This document shows, one piece after another, positions 48,138 to 57,860 of a stretch of DNA of 64,000 nt; position 1 is the stretch's first letter; every line of letters begins with the position of its first letter. Source of the stretch: Thermoproteota archaeon. Its GTDB lineage: Archaea; Korarchaeota; Korarchaeia; Korarchaeales; Korarchaeaceae. The position numbers and the translations under genes were made by a program. The notes beneath the pieces were generated by a model, which was given only the letters and a program-made list of their open reading frames with translations, had not been told where the DNA came from and did not search any database. The stretch spans positions 32,001 through 96,000 of the forward strand of contig JAOZFN010000017.1 in NCBI GenBank assembly GCA_027492205.1. Reading direction: 5' to 3'.

Positions 48138-48959
48138 ATGAGGGGCGGTCCGATGCCGCGGGTAACCCTCGCCGACCTAGAGCTCAGGTGGCAAGAGGTC
48201 GCGGACGAGATATCCTCGTTCTGCGGGAGGATGGTGGAGTCCGCGGGGGCCGAGGGCGCGGTCGTGGGGCTCAGCGGGGGGGTTGACTCCGCGCTCACGG
48301 CGGCCCTCCTCGCCAGGGGGCTGGGGAGCGAGGCCGTGACGGCGGTGATAATGCCGGAGGAGGGGGTGACCCCGAGAGAGGACGTCGAGGACGCGGCGGC
48401 CCTCGCGGAGGCCCTGGGGCTCAACGTGGAGTGGGTGGACATAACACCCATAGTGGCCGAGTTCGAGAGGCTCCTCCCGCCAGGGGACAGGATTAGCAGG
48501 GCCAACGTAAGGCCCAGGGTCAGGATGACGATCCTCTACTACTTGGCGAACTCCAGGAACCTGCTGGTCGCGGGGACGGGGGACAGGAGCGAGATCGAGA
48601 TCGGGTACTTCACCAAGCACGGGGACGGCGCCGCGGACTTCCTGCCGATCGCGGACCTCTTCAAGACGCAGGTGAGGGAGCTGGCCAGGTACCTCGAGAT
48701 ACCCGAGGAGATAGCTTCAAAGCCCAGCTCTCCCAGGCTTTGGCCGGGGCAGACGGCGGAGGGTGAGCTCGGTGTGAGCTACGAGCAGGTGGACCTCGTG
48801 CTCCACGCGCTGCTGGACCTCAACATGGAGCCCAGGGAGATCTCGGAGGCAGCCGGAGTTGAGGAGGCCGTCGTCAGGAGGGTCATAGAGCTGAGGGAAA
48901 GGAGCTGGCACAAGAGGAACCCGCCTCCCTTCCCGGTGGTGAGGCACCTCAGGCCGTAG
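48138..48959 (+). CDS. nadE: NH3-dependent NAD+ synthetase
   Basis: GLSGGVDS, RVRM, GYFTKHGDG, DLFKTQV, LWPGQTAE. Confidence 0.95.
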   Translation: MRGGPMPRVTLADLELRWQEVADEISSFCGRMVESAGAEGAVVGLSGGVDSALTAALLARGLGSEAVTAVIMPEEGVTPREDVEDAAALAEALGLNVEWVDITPIVAEFERLLPPGDRISRANVRPRVRMTILYYLANSRNLLVAGTGDRSEIEIGYFTKHGDGAADFLPIADLFKTQVRELARYLEIPEEIASKPSSPRLWPGQTAEGELGVSYEQVDLVLHALLDLNMEPREISEAAGVEEAVVRRVIELRERSWHKRNPPPFPVVRHLRP

Positions 48960-49329
48960 TCTGATCGGATGTTCGGGGTGGTTGTGTCCGGGTGGAACGC
49001 TCTGGGCTTCCCTCCAGCGGAGAACGAATTGTCCGGGACGCTAAATAGCCTCAGGCTTCCCCAGGATCTCAGGTGAAGTGGACGAGAGGAGGTAGAAGGG
49101 GACGCATGCGGCTGAGCGGGAGTAGGGCCATGCTCGGGCCCGGTAAGCCCGCCGTCGAGCGCGTTGGGCTCGGTGAGCGGCTCCGGAGGATGTTTAGGCA
49201 CCGCCGGGGCCGCAGCTAGGCCCTCCCTTCCCTGCCAACGCCTGATTCATCTGACGTCGCGGGGCCCCCGCGCAGGCGGCGCGCCGCTGGCGCCGCTTTA
49301 ATCTCTGCCCCCTAGGACTCCACGGGGCG

Positions 49330-50754
49330 ATGTCTGACACCGTAGAGCTGGGGGCCTACCTCGATTCAGAGGAGCCCTGCGAACTGAAGATATCCAAGCT
49401 CATGACGGGCCGCACGGCCGTAATAGCCAAGACCGGCTACGGAAAGTCGTGGACGCTCAGGAGGGTGGCCGAGCAGCTCCTCGACGCCGGCTACCCCCTT
49501 GGGATAATCGACCCCGAGGGAGAGCACGTCAGCCTGGCCGACGAGTACGAGATGCTCGTGGTGTCCCCCAAGGGAGACGTGGACCTCGCGGGCGGGGGCT
49601 CGGTCAAGAGGCTCGCCAAGGCGGCGGTCAGGGGGGTGAGCTTCGTCCTCGACCTCTCCATGTACGTGTCCAAGCCAGACGTTGCTGCTGGGCTCGTCTC
49701 AGACCTGATCAGGGAACTCATGGAGCAGAAGGACAGCGGCTTCCTCGTCATGATCGACGAGGCCAGGGAGCTCGCCCCCGAGAGGGGGGCAAAGAGCCAG
49801 CTCGGCAAGTACGCCTCCCAAACCGAACTCTGGGTCAACACCCTCGCCACCAGGGGTAGGAAGAGGGGCGTGGGCCTACTCTTCACGACCCAGAGGCCCC
49901 AGCTCGTCTCCAAGACCCTCCTGAGCCAGGCAGAGAACAAGATCGTCCTGAGGGTGGAGTACAACGCGGACGTCGGCGTAATCAGCAGGTTCCTGGGGCT
50001 GGACAGGGAGGTCACGAGGAGGATAAAGCAGCTGAACCCCGGAGAGGCCTACGTCGAGGGGCCCTTCGTCGACAGGCCGGGGTTCGTGAAGGTCGGCCCT
50101 GTGAAGACCGCCCACCTGGGCACCACCCCGCTCGTCAAGCCGAGGCCTCCTCCCAGCCTGGCGGAGGTGGTCTCCTACATCACGTCCGACGTCTCGGCTC
50201 TGATGGAGGGTCGGGCGGCGCCCGAGCGTGGGGAGGTAGCGGCGCCCGAGGGGAAGGGTCAGCCCAGGGAGAGGGAGGGGTTTGAGCCCAGGGAGGCCAG
50301 AAAGGCAAGGGGGAGGGGGGGCGGGGAGGCCGCCAAGCGCAGGCCGGGCCTAGAGGCAGCCTGGGAGATGCCCAGCGACAGACTCGAGTCGGAGGAGCTG
50401 GCGGAACTCGTGAAGAGGAGGAACGAACTCAGGAGGATGCTCGAGCTCCTCGAGGAGTCCAGGGGGGAGATGCGCGAGGAGGTCTACGAGTTCCTGAGGG
50501 AGGAGTACGAGGAGGCGCTCGGAGAGGTCGAGAGGAGGATCGAACCGTTCAGGAGGGAGGCCAGGATCTCCGAGCTGATAATAGAGGCCGCTCTCCAGGA
50601 CAGGCAGCTGAGGCTGAGGTTTCTCGAGGAGTCGAGCGGGGGCGCCCTGGGCGCGCTGAGGAAGTGGTTCGAGAGTAGAAGGCTTCATAGCGAAATTCAG
50701 ACCCTCTCCGAGAAGCTCGAGAGAGTGAGGGGTATCCTCGAGGAGCTTTCGTGA
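49330..50754 (+). CDS. HerA/DUF87-family ATPase with C-terminal coiled coil
   Basis: AKTGYGKS, IIDPEGEH, IDEA, RGRKRG, TQRP. Confidence 0.88.
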   Translation: MSDTVELGAYLDSEEPCELKISKLMTGRTAVIAKTGYGKSWTLRRVAEQLLDAGYPLGIIDPEGEHVSLADEYEMLVVSPKGDVDLAGGGSVKRLAKAAVRGVSFVLDLSMYVSKPDVAAGLVSDLIRELMEQKDSGFLVMIDEARELAPERGAKSQLGKYASQTELWVNTLATRGRKRGVGLLFTTQRPQLVSKTLLSQAENKIVLRVEYNADVGVISRFLGLDREVTRRIKQLNPGEAYVEGPFVDRPGFVKVGPVKTAHLGTTPLVKPRPPPSLAEVVSYITSDVSALMEGRAAPERGEVAAPEGKGQPREREGFEPREARKARGRGGGEAAKRRPGLEAAWEMPSDRLESEELAELVKRRNELRRMLELLEESRGEMREEVYEFLREEYEEALGEVERRIEPFRREARISELIIEAALQDRQLRLRFLEESSGGALGALRKWFESRRLHSEIQTLSEKLERVRGILEELS

Positions 50755-50764
50755 GTTCGAGAGG

Positions 50765-53700
50765 TCAGACATCGACCGCGAGCTTTGAGAGCACCTGCGC
50801 GGGGTCGAACATCTCCCTGGACCTCACGGCGGCCTCCTCCACGTAGAACCTGATCGCTAGCTTCAGGGAGCCGTCGTCGATCTTTATTGGATCCTCCGAG
50901 TCCTCGGCGAAGTACCTCATGAGCGCCAGTGCCGAGGCGAGCTGTATCGCCCTTACCTCAAGCCTCGGAGAGAACCCCGGCCTGTCTCCAGGAATCTCAG
51001 ATAGGACGGCGTCCCTAGCCCTGGAGACGGCCTCGTAAACCCCCTCGTCCACCACGACCGGCCTCTCGGCCAGCCTGCCCCTCACGAGCGGGTGGCCAGT
51101 CTCGGCCGCGTGGACCAGCGTGAGGTGGGCCCTGAGCGTCTCGGAGCCCTCCAGCCTCACCCTCCCGAGGGCCATCTCCATCTGCCTCCTGGCTATCTCC
51201 ACGTACCTCTCCTTGGTCATGCGGTGGAGCCTGCAGAGCATCCTCTCCTCGATGGCGTTGAAGTTGGGGTCTGACACGGTCACCTCGTACCCCCTGAGTC
51301 CGACCCTGGTGTTGTACGCCACGCTGAGGAAGCATGTGAATCTATAGGGCCCTATGGTCCTGCGGGCGGTCTCGTACCTTATGGTCCCGTGCTCCATGGC
51401 CAGCTTCAGGGCCTCGACCATTCCAGAGTTGTGGACGAGTATGGCGTTGGCGAAGAAGTTCCGGTTGCCCGGCACGGCGATATCGTAAACCCGGAATCTA
51501 CCCTTAAGAACCCTCTTCTCGGCAATCCTCTCAAAGATAAGGGGGCCCATCGCAAGCCGCTCGGCGAGCTGAAGGGCGTGACCACTTAAATCCTTAGAGG
51601 AGAGCCTCTTTAAGACCAGAACATACTTCTGGACCCCCCTCTTACTGATGGCGCCTCCCCCGCCACTTTCCCACCTTAGCAGGCTGCTGTCTGGAATCGC
51701 TCTACGCATCTCTGATCGGGAGACCCCAGCACTCTCCCTTGCGGATATCAAGATAGGGGCTGCCACCTCGAGTGGGATCGTCCTAGTCTTGGTTCTGGGG
51801 GCCCCCCTATATCTTTCAAGTAGAGATCTCAGCTTAGACGACTTTCTACTTGAGAAGAAGCCGATCTCCTCAGAAAATCTGATTATGCTGTCCCTGTCAG
51901 CTATTTCCACCGTATAGAGTCCGTCAGACGACCTGTAGATCCTCGAGGTGACACCGAATCGGTGGAGTAGTAGGTGAACCTTGAGGGCCAGCGTGCCACT
52001 CGTGGTGCTCAAGGCCACCCTGCCGCCGTAGGGTCGCCTGATGTGAACCGTGCCGTCTGTATCAAAGAGCCCCCTGAGCAGCTCCCTAACGTGGGCCTTT
52101 GGCATCCTCAGAACGCGCGACGGTATGTCAACGCTCCTGGCCTTCTTCCCCGCGGGCACACCAAATCTTTCGAGCAGGGTCGCAAGGACAGAGTTGTTTA
52201 CGTACAGTGTACCTCCCTCATCCACGTAGCCTACACCGAAGTTCTCCCTAACTATCCTCAGGCACCTCTCAACGACGTCGGGATCCGTGGGGCAGTAAAG
52301 CCTGACTCTCCTCCTCTGGTTTATCGTGCCGTCTCCCATAACGGCCCCGACGAAGTACATGAAGGTTGGATGAACCTCTTTGGGCAAACTTAGCTCGCTG
52401 CTCGCTTTTGAGGCGCTCTCTACAAAGTCCAAGACGTCGAATTTCAGCCCGAGTTCAAAGGCCAACCGGCGGAGGGTCCTTAGGGGGACGGAGCACCTGC
52501 CGGTGATGTACGAGTAGAGCGTCGTGTACTTTATACCGAGCTTTGACGAAAAGGTCTTCAAATTACCATACTTTTCTACGGCTATTTTTCGCAGATTTTC
52601 GAGAAACTCCGACTTGACCTTAACGTTCACGTCGTCAGGCAGAAAGTCGGTGAACCTCTGCCTCCCCCCATCGGCGGCTATCAGCTCAGGAATGGTCGCC
52701 AGAGAGATCACGTAATCTCCAACCTCAAACTCTCTGGCCGGCTTCCACACGATCCCCCCGCTTGTCATAACTGGGAGGGGGTGATCTTCTGTCAGCCTCA
52801 GCACCTTACCACTCTCCGTTCTCAGCTCTATTACCCTGTCAACCTCCCGAGCGCTGAAGTCTGCTATCCTGACGGCCTCCAGCTCGAGCGTTTGCGGGTT
52901 CACCGTGAGGACCTCTAACTGCTCCCTCCTCTCGACCAGCTCTCCGATCGGAACTAAACCCCCGTCGGCAGCAAGCACCAGTGAGTCGTACGTCAAGCAG
53001 TAGCGAAACCAGTCGTTGAACTCGGGGACGATGAAGTTGTACTTGAGGCCCTCGTAGGCCTGGCCGAGGCGGATAAACTTGGCCGGGGTCATGCCCCCGC
53101 AGTACCTGTTCCTCCCGGGGAGGCCGTGAGGAGGTATCGCCCTCCGCTCGTCTCCCAGGATCATCGTCGCTATGGAGAAGCTCTTCCCGGTGCCGGGCTC
53201 CCCGAAGAGCGCCAGGTTGAAGCCGGTCCTCATGGTCACCGTGCCGGTCGCTGCTGAGACGACCGGCGCGTCGGCTATGGAGTACTGCTGGGCCAAGGCC
53301 AGCAGGATGTCGTAGTAGAGGAGGTCGCCGAACGTGGACCTGAGGCGGCCGGCGAGGGTCGTGGAGGAGAAGACCCTCCCGAACTCCACGACCTCCTCGA
53401 ACCTCTTCTCCAGGGCCTCCCTGAGCGCGGCCTGGAACTCGGCCTCCATCCCCATGATCTCCGGCATCTCCGACCTGGCCGCCGGGTCCATGCGCCTGTA
53501 CCTAGAATTCAGCTCCTCCACGGCGTCCTCGACGGGCTTCTTGGCTTCCTCCAGCCTGCAGATCCTGCCATCCGGCATTCTGGCGGCGAGGCCTAGGTCC
53601 AGAAGCCACCTCAAGAACTCCTTCGAGTAAGGGATGCCCCTCACCTTCAGCTTGGCTGAGAACTCCCTCTCAGTGAGGCCGTCGTCGGCGCCCATTAGGA

Positions 53701-54031
53701 TCTCCAGGGCCCTGACGGCCGACTCACCCCAGACCCTCGCGGTCTCCACCACGGCCTCCCGAATCTCGTCCCACGAACTACCCTCCACCAGCTCGGAGCC
53801 CCTCACCGTGTAGAACCTTCCGCTGAACCTGAAGTCAGGTCCAGGTCCCAGGTCTCGGAGGAACTCCCTGAGCTCCTCGGCGGTTATGGATCTGGCTGAG
53901 CTCCACGCCTTCTCATCGTCCACCTCCCGCCCGAAGTAAGCGGCGGCCCTCTTGATGATCATGTACCGCTCCCACGCCTTCGTCCCCCTCCTCCTAGACG
54001 ATCTCCCGCGGCGCCCGATTAGCGGGGGCAT
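50765..54031 (-). CDS. MCM-like AAA+ ATPase of unknown function, intein-containing
   Basis: LALFGEPGTGKS, FIVPEFND (Walker B-like), LKLAMEHGTI, SPRLEVRAIQLA (sensor-2-like); GGAGGTG leader before ATG. Confidence 0.75.
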   Translation of the reverse strand: MPPLIGRRGRSSRRRGTKAWERYMIIKRAAAYFGREVDDEKAWSSARSITAEELREFLRDLGPGPDFRFSGRFYTVRGSELVEGSSWDEIREAVVETARVWGESAVRALEILMGADDGLTEREFSAKLKVRGIPYSKEFLRWLLDLGLAARMPDGRICRLEEAKKPVEDAVEELNSRYRRMDPAARSEMPEIMGMEAEFQAALREALEKRFEEVVEFGRVFSSTTLAGRLRSTFGDLLYYDILLALAQQYSIADAPVVSAATGTVTMRTGFNLALFGEPGTGKSFSIATMILGDERRAIPPHGLPGRNRYCGGMTPAKFIRLGQAYEGLKYNFIVPEFNDWFRYCLTYDSLVLAADGGLVPIGELVERREQLEVLTVNPQTLELEAVRIADFSAREVDRVIELRTESGKVLRLTEDHPLPVMTSGGIVWKPAREFEVGDYVISLATIPELIAADGGRQRFTDFLPDDVNVKVKSEFLENLRKIAVEKYGNLKTFSSKLGIKYTTLYSYITGRCSVPLRTLRRLAFELGLKFDVLDFVESASKASSELSLPKEVHPTFMYFVGAVMGDGTINQRRRVRLYCPTDPDVVERCLRIVRENFGVGYVDEGGTLYVNNSVLATLLERFGVPAGKKARSVDIPSRVLRMPKAHVRELLRGLFDTDGTVHIRRPYGGRVALSTTSGTLALKVHLLLHRFGVTSRIYRSSDGLYTVEIADRDSIIRFSEEIGFFSSRKSSKLRSLLERYRGAPRTKTRTIPLEVAAPILISARESAGVSRSEMRRAIPDSSLLRWESGGGGAISKRGVQKYVLVLKRLSSKDLSGHALQLAERLAMGPLIFERIAEKRVLKGRFRVYDIAVPGNRNFFANAILVHNSGMVEALKLAMEHGTIRYETARRTIGPYRFTCFLSVAYNTRVGLRGYEVTVSDPNFNAIEERMLCRLHRMTKERYVEIARRQMEMALGRVRLEGSETLRAHLTLVHAAETGHPLVRGRLAERPVVVDEGVYEAVSRARDAVLSEIPGDRPGFSPRLEVRAIQLASALALMRYFAEDSEDPIKIDDGSLKLAIRFYVEEAAVRSREMFDPAQVLSKLAVDV
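51428..52999 (-). mobile_element. intein (524 aa) with LAGLIDADG homing endonuclease
   Basis: Starts CLTYDSLV; block B LTEDHP; YFVGAVMGDG and LRGLFDTDG; VYDIAV..NFFAN..VHN followed by Ser; visibly more AT-rich than the flanks. Confidence 0.95.
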
Positions 54032-54056
54032 GGGGGCACCTCCAGCAGTCCTGGGG

Positions 54057-55328
54057 TTAAGGGGTCCCGCAGACTGGTGGAGAACTCAGCAGGCCGTCGG
54101 ATCCGCCGGTCGTGAACCAGACGCTGGCGAACATGGACTCCCCTCCGTCGTCCACGGGGATCTCGCACGTGAAGGTCTCGCCGTCCGCGGTCTCCATCCT
54201 GGCGGACTTCCAGCCCCCCTCGGCGGAGGCGTACCAGAGGTTTACGTTCCTCACCACCGCGCCGTTGCCGGACACCCGGACTGAGACCCTGTAGACGTCG
54301 CCCTCGCGGTTCACCGAGAGTTCCCCTATCTCCGGGAGGGGGCTCCCGACGATGACGTGCTTGAGGAACGCCCTCCAGGCCGCGCTGGCCTGGGCGAGCG
54401 TCGCGTTCTCAAATCCCTCCATCTCTCCCGGGACTATGGATATCGTGGTGGCCCTCGCGCTCCTGAGCGCCCCCTCGACCTCGCAGGCGCTGAAGGCGTC
54501 CACGGAGACCATCACCGAGAGATTGGCGGCGTCGAGCAGGCCGACGGGGTTGTAGAACCTCATGATCTTCTCCTGCGTCTCATCGGAGATCGACCTGACC
54601 GCCTCCAAGACCTCGGGCGAGCAGCCCCCGCCGGACTGGAGGTCCCAGGCCACCGGGTCCCTGAGCTGGACCGCCACTATCCTCGGGTCGGCAGCCGCCG
54701 CCACGGCCGCGGCCCAGCCAGAGATCCCCCTGCCCGAGACCACGAACCTCGTGGGGTGGGCCGGGCTGACTGTGTTCACCAGCGTGGCCGCCCGCATTAT
54801 GGCAGCGGCCATCGCGTGGAGCAGGAAGTCTTCGTCGGATCCCGATGGGCCGAGGCTCTGGATCGACTGAAGGACCGCCGAGAACTTTCCTTCCGGGGTG
54901 AGCCCGGGCGGGAGGTCGTAGAGGAGCAGAACCGGTACTCCGGACTCGGCGGCGGCCCTCAGGCCGAACATCTCCAGGAACTTGTCGTTGGCCTCGTCGG
55001 GCTCGGCCACCACTATGGCCGCCGCGTCGGAGCTGGCCCCCATGGGCTCGACCAGGACGGCGCGGTGGGTCCACACGAGCCCGCCCCACCGCACGCTGTT
55101 GAATCGGAGGACCGTTATGGTGAACCCCATGTCCTGGTAGAGGTAGGGCTCGCTTGTGCCGATCACGATCCGCAGCGTCTCGTTTCGGAGTATCTCGCTC
55201 ATGTCGAAGGGGGGTGCTGAGGCCGCTCCGATGCCGCCCCGTCGGGGCCACAGGAGGAATGCCGCGATGGCGGCGACGGCTATCAAGACGACGGCCGCCG
55301 CCGCGAGGGAAGTCCGCATCTCGCGCAT
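54057..55328 (-). CDS. membrane-anchored PqaA-like alpha/beta-hydrolase-fold protein
   Basis: N-terminal TM; VRWGG..WTH; TRFVVSG..GW..ADPRIVA; C-terminal beta domain (VNLWYA). Confidence 0.6.
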   Translation of the reverse strand: MREMRTSLAAAAVVLIAVAAIAAFLLWPRRGGIGAASAPPFDMSEILRNETLRIVIGTSEPYLYQDMGFTITVLRFNSVRWGGLVWTHRAVLVEPMGASSDAAAIVVAEPDEANDKFLEMFGLRAAAESGVPVLLLYDLPPGLTPEGKFSAVLQSIQSLGPSGSDEDFLLHAMAAAIMRAATLVNTVSPAHPTRFVVSGRGISGWAAAVAAAADPRIVAVQLRDPVAWDLQSGGGCSPEVLEAVRSISDETQEKIMRFYNPVGLLDAANLSVMVSVDAFSACEVEGALRSARATTISIVPGEMEGFENATLAQASAAWRAFLKHVIVGSPLPEIGELSVNREGDVYRVSVRVSGNGAVVRNVNLWYASAEGGWKSARMETADGETFTCEIPVDDGGESMFASVWFTTGGSDGLLSSPPVCGTP

Positions 55329-55360
55329 CCCCGGCGGCGGGCGTATAAAGCCGTCACCCC

Positions 55361-56164
55361 TCATCCTCGGGAGATCCGCCTGGCCACCTCCAGGAGCCCC
55401 TTGGCGGTCTCCGACGGCAGGCCTAGGCGCTCGAGTTCCCGCTCACTCGCCCTCGACAGTTCGTCTACCGTAACTATCCCGGCCTGAACGAGCGTTCGGA
55501 TTGCGACCTCGGGGCCTTGCAGGGCGGTGACCGGGTAGAGTCCCTTGAGGTCTATTAGTTCCCTCAGGCTGGCCCCAGGCGGTCCATCCCACCACGTGAC
55601 CTTCAGTCCGACGCACTGTGCGTACCTGCGTGCCGCCTCCGTGATCCGCGTGTTGGTGATCAGCCAGGGCTCGTCGAAGTACCTTTCCAGGTCTAGGAAC
55701 CTGGCGTACGTGTACATCGCGGGCTTGAGGTCCGTGTAGATCCCTCGAGAGTTGTGAAACTTGCACTCCACCATCACCCTCATGCCATCGACCTCGAGAG
55801 CGACGTCCACCTCCTGATCTACGCACTTGCCCCTGAAGACATGGCCCACGTGCAGAACCCTGTAGCCGTGAGCCTCGAGAACCCTAGCCACGTACCGCTC
55901 GAAGGGGTATCCCGTCGGCCCCAGTCTCATGATGGCCCTCTTGAGGTCGTACCTGGCAGCCGCGTCGTGCCTCTCCAGGGACCTTAGGGCCTCTAACGCC
56001 ATCTCGAGCAGCTCTCGCGTCGTGATGCCATCGTAAGCCTTGGAGGCGACCCTGCGAACAACCTCGTCCGCGAGTTCTCGGTCGGCCCCGGCCCGCATCA
56101 GGGTCTTCCTCAGCTTGGACGGGTCGAACTTCTCCAGCCTCCCGTCCCACTTCCTGACCCTCAT
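55361..56164 (-). CDS. ATP-cone + Mrr-like PD-(D/E)XK nuclease + HhH-like domain protein
   Basis: VRKWDGRLEKFDPSKL (ATP cone); GYPFE, EVDV..VECK, ITNT. Confidence 0.85.
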   Translation of the reverse strand: MRVRKWDGRLEKFDPSKLRKTLMRAGADRELADEVVRRVASKAYDGITTRELLEMALEALRSLERHDAAARYDLKRAIMRLGPTGYPFERYVARVLEAHGYRVLHVGHVFRGKCVDQEVDVALEVDGMRVMVECKFHNSRGIYTDLKPAMYTYARFLDLERYFDEPWLITNTRITEAARRYAQCVGLKVTWWDGPPGASLRELIDLKGLYPVTALQGPEVAIRTLVQAGIVTVDELSRASERELERLGLPSETAKGLLEVARRISRG

Positions 56165-56212
56165 CGAGGCCCGCCTCCTGAGGGGGGACGCAGGTGACCC
56201 GCCGCGGCCGGC

Positions 56213-56608
56213 TCAGGAGGACTTCGATTCGGCGTGTGAGCGCTCCCTGAAGTCCCTCGCGAGTGTAGCCGAGAATATTATGAGCGAGCTGAGCCTGTCC
56301 GGGTTTATCGAGTCCCCCCAGACCTCCCCAGAGATCAACAGGTCGCCTGCGGGGTCGCAGCCGTACTTCACGTGGCTGAGCCCTGGGTTCTGCTCCAGCA
56401 GCCACCTCTCAAAGCCTGAGACGGGAGTCGGGGGGTCGGTATTGGCATATATTTCGACGCGGCTCCTATCCTCGTCTATGACCAGGAACACCCTAACCGC
56501 GTACTCGTCGAGCCCGAAAACCACGAGAAACGTGCCCTCCTCCGGTTCGACGAACTTCAGCTCGGACTGCTCGAGGCAGGATCGCACGTGATCGACCAGC
56601 GAACCCAT
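56213..56608 (-). CDS. YbjN-like (T3SS-chaperone fold) protein
   Basis: WLLEQN..VKYGCDPAGDL pattern; ATG at 56608. Confidence 0.6.
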   Translation of the reverse strand: MGSLVDHVRSCLEQSELKFVEPEEGTFLVVFGLDEYAVRVFLVIDEDRSRVEIYANTDPPTPVSGFERWLLEQNPGLSHVKYGCDPAGDLLISGEVWGDSINPDRLSSLIIFSATLARDFRERSHAESKSS

Positions 56609-56690
56609 GTAGCAACCACCACTGCGCCTAGAAGAGTTGAGAAGCCTGAGCTTTAATCGTTTCAGTCCGGAGAGGCGGGGGGAGGCAGGA

Positions 56691-57104
56691 TTGCCGCCGG
56701 AGGTCTCCGAGATAGTGATCCCGGCCGAGCTTCTCGACGGGCTAATCCGGGAGCTGACGAGCGCCTCTGTGGAGAAGGCGGCGCTTCTCTTCGGCAGGTT
56801 CGCCGACAGAGAGGCCAGGGTGACCAGGGGGGTCGTGGCGAAGAACGTCGAGGAGTCGCCGACCCGCTTCATCGTCGACCCGGCATTCCTCCTCAGGCAG
56901 CTTCAGGAGGCGGACGAGCGGGGGGAGGAGCTGGTCGGCGTGATCCACTCTCATCCGGCCCCCGCCCGTCCCTCCGAGGAGGACCTCAGGTTCATGGAGG
57001 TCAACCCGGTCGTGTGGATCATAGCGTCCTCAACGACCGGCGAGATCAGGGCCTACCAGCTGGCCATCGGGCGCCTGAGGGAGGTCCGGATAGTCCGGGC
57101 CTGA
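56691..57104 (+). CDS. JAB/MPN+ (JAMM) metalloprotease
   Basis: E..HSHP-x-PSEED JAMM motif. Confidence 0.9.
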   Translation: MPPEVSEIVIPAELLDGLIRELTSASVEKAALLFGRFADREARVTRGVVAKNVEESPTRFIVDPAFLLRQLQEADERGEELVGVIHSHPAPARPSEEDLRFMEVNPVVWIIASSTTGEIRAYQLAIGRLREVRIVRA

Positions 57105-57109
57105 CCCGC

Positions 57110-57748
57110 TCACCCCGACGCCAGGATCTCCCCCACCCAGTCGACCACGGCGGAGTGCACCATCTCCGCCGCCACGCCCGCTATGATGATGGCCATGAAC
57201 CTCCCGAGGGCCCTGGTCCCGTTGACGCCGAGGACCCTCACCAGCTGGAGAGAGTGCTTGAGGAGGATGTAGGTGACTCCAACGACCAGGGCTATCGCCG
57301 CCAGGAGCACCGCGGTCCCCTCGATGCGACCGCCCACCTCGGAGGGCAGGGTGGCCGAGAGGACGAGCACGGTCGTTATGGTGCCGGGGCCGACCAGGAG
57401 GGGGGTGGCCAGCGGAACCACAGCGAGCTCCTCCTTCTCCACCTCCCTGGTCCTGGGGACGCCCTTCAGCATGTCCACCGAGAGCACCATGAGCAGCACC
57501 CCGCCGCCCAGCTTGAGTCCAGAGACGCTGAGGCCCATGAAGGTCAGGAACTCCCTCCCAACTAGGGCGAAGGACGCCATGAGGGTGAATATCGTCACCG
57601 AGGCTGTCTTCACTATGGCCCTCCTCTCGGACAGGCTCAGCCCCTCGGTGAGGCTCAACATCGTCGGTATGACGCTCGGGGGGTTCAGTATGGCGAATAT
57701 CTGAACAGAAGAGATCCCCACCAACCTCGCCAGCTCGAGCGGGTCCAT
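57110..57748 (-). CDS. MarC family membrane protein
   Basis: FAILNP, VVPLATPLLVGPGTITT, LGRFMAII. Confidence 0.93.
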   Translation of the reverse strand: MDPLELARLVGISSVQIFAILNPPSVIPTMLSLTEGLSLSERRAIVKTASVTIFTLMASFALVGREFLTFMGLSVSGLKLGGGVLLMVLSVDMLKGVPRTREVEKEELAVVPLATPLLVGPGTITTVLVLSATLPSEVGGRIEGTAVLLAAIALVVGVTYILLKHSLQLVRVLGVNGTRALGRFMAIIIAGVAAEMVHSAVVDWVGEILASG

Positions 57749-57860
57749 CCAGTCGTCCCCCCGCGCGCCGGTTAAGGCGGTTGCGCCGACGAGGGACGGC
57801 TCAAACTTATTGCCCGCCTGGGGCGGACAGACGAGATCGAACTTGGACGTCAGGCTCACC

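Noticed and set aside
48960-49320. Intergenic gaps (also 40830-41120 and 41780-42120) as ncRNA or tRNA
   Set aside because: No tRNA arms or convincing C/D box pairs seen by eye; needs Infernal/tRNAscan to exclude
31890-57104. SAMP, JAB and AAA-Lon as a single ubiquitin-like degradation operon
   Set aside because: The genes are more than 20 kb apart, and the MoaD/SAMP is adequately explained by Moco synthesis
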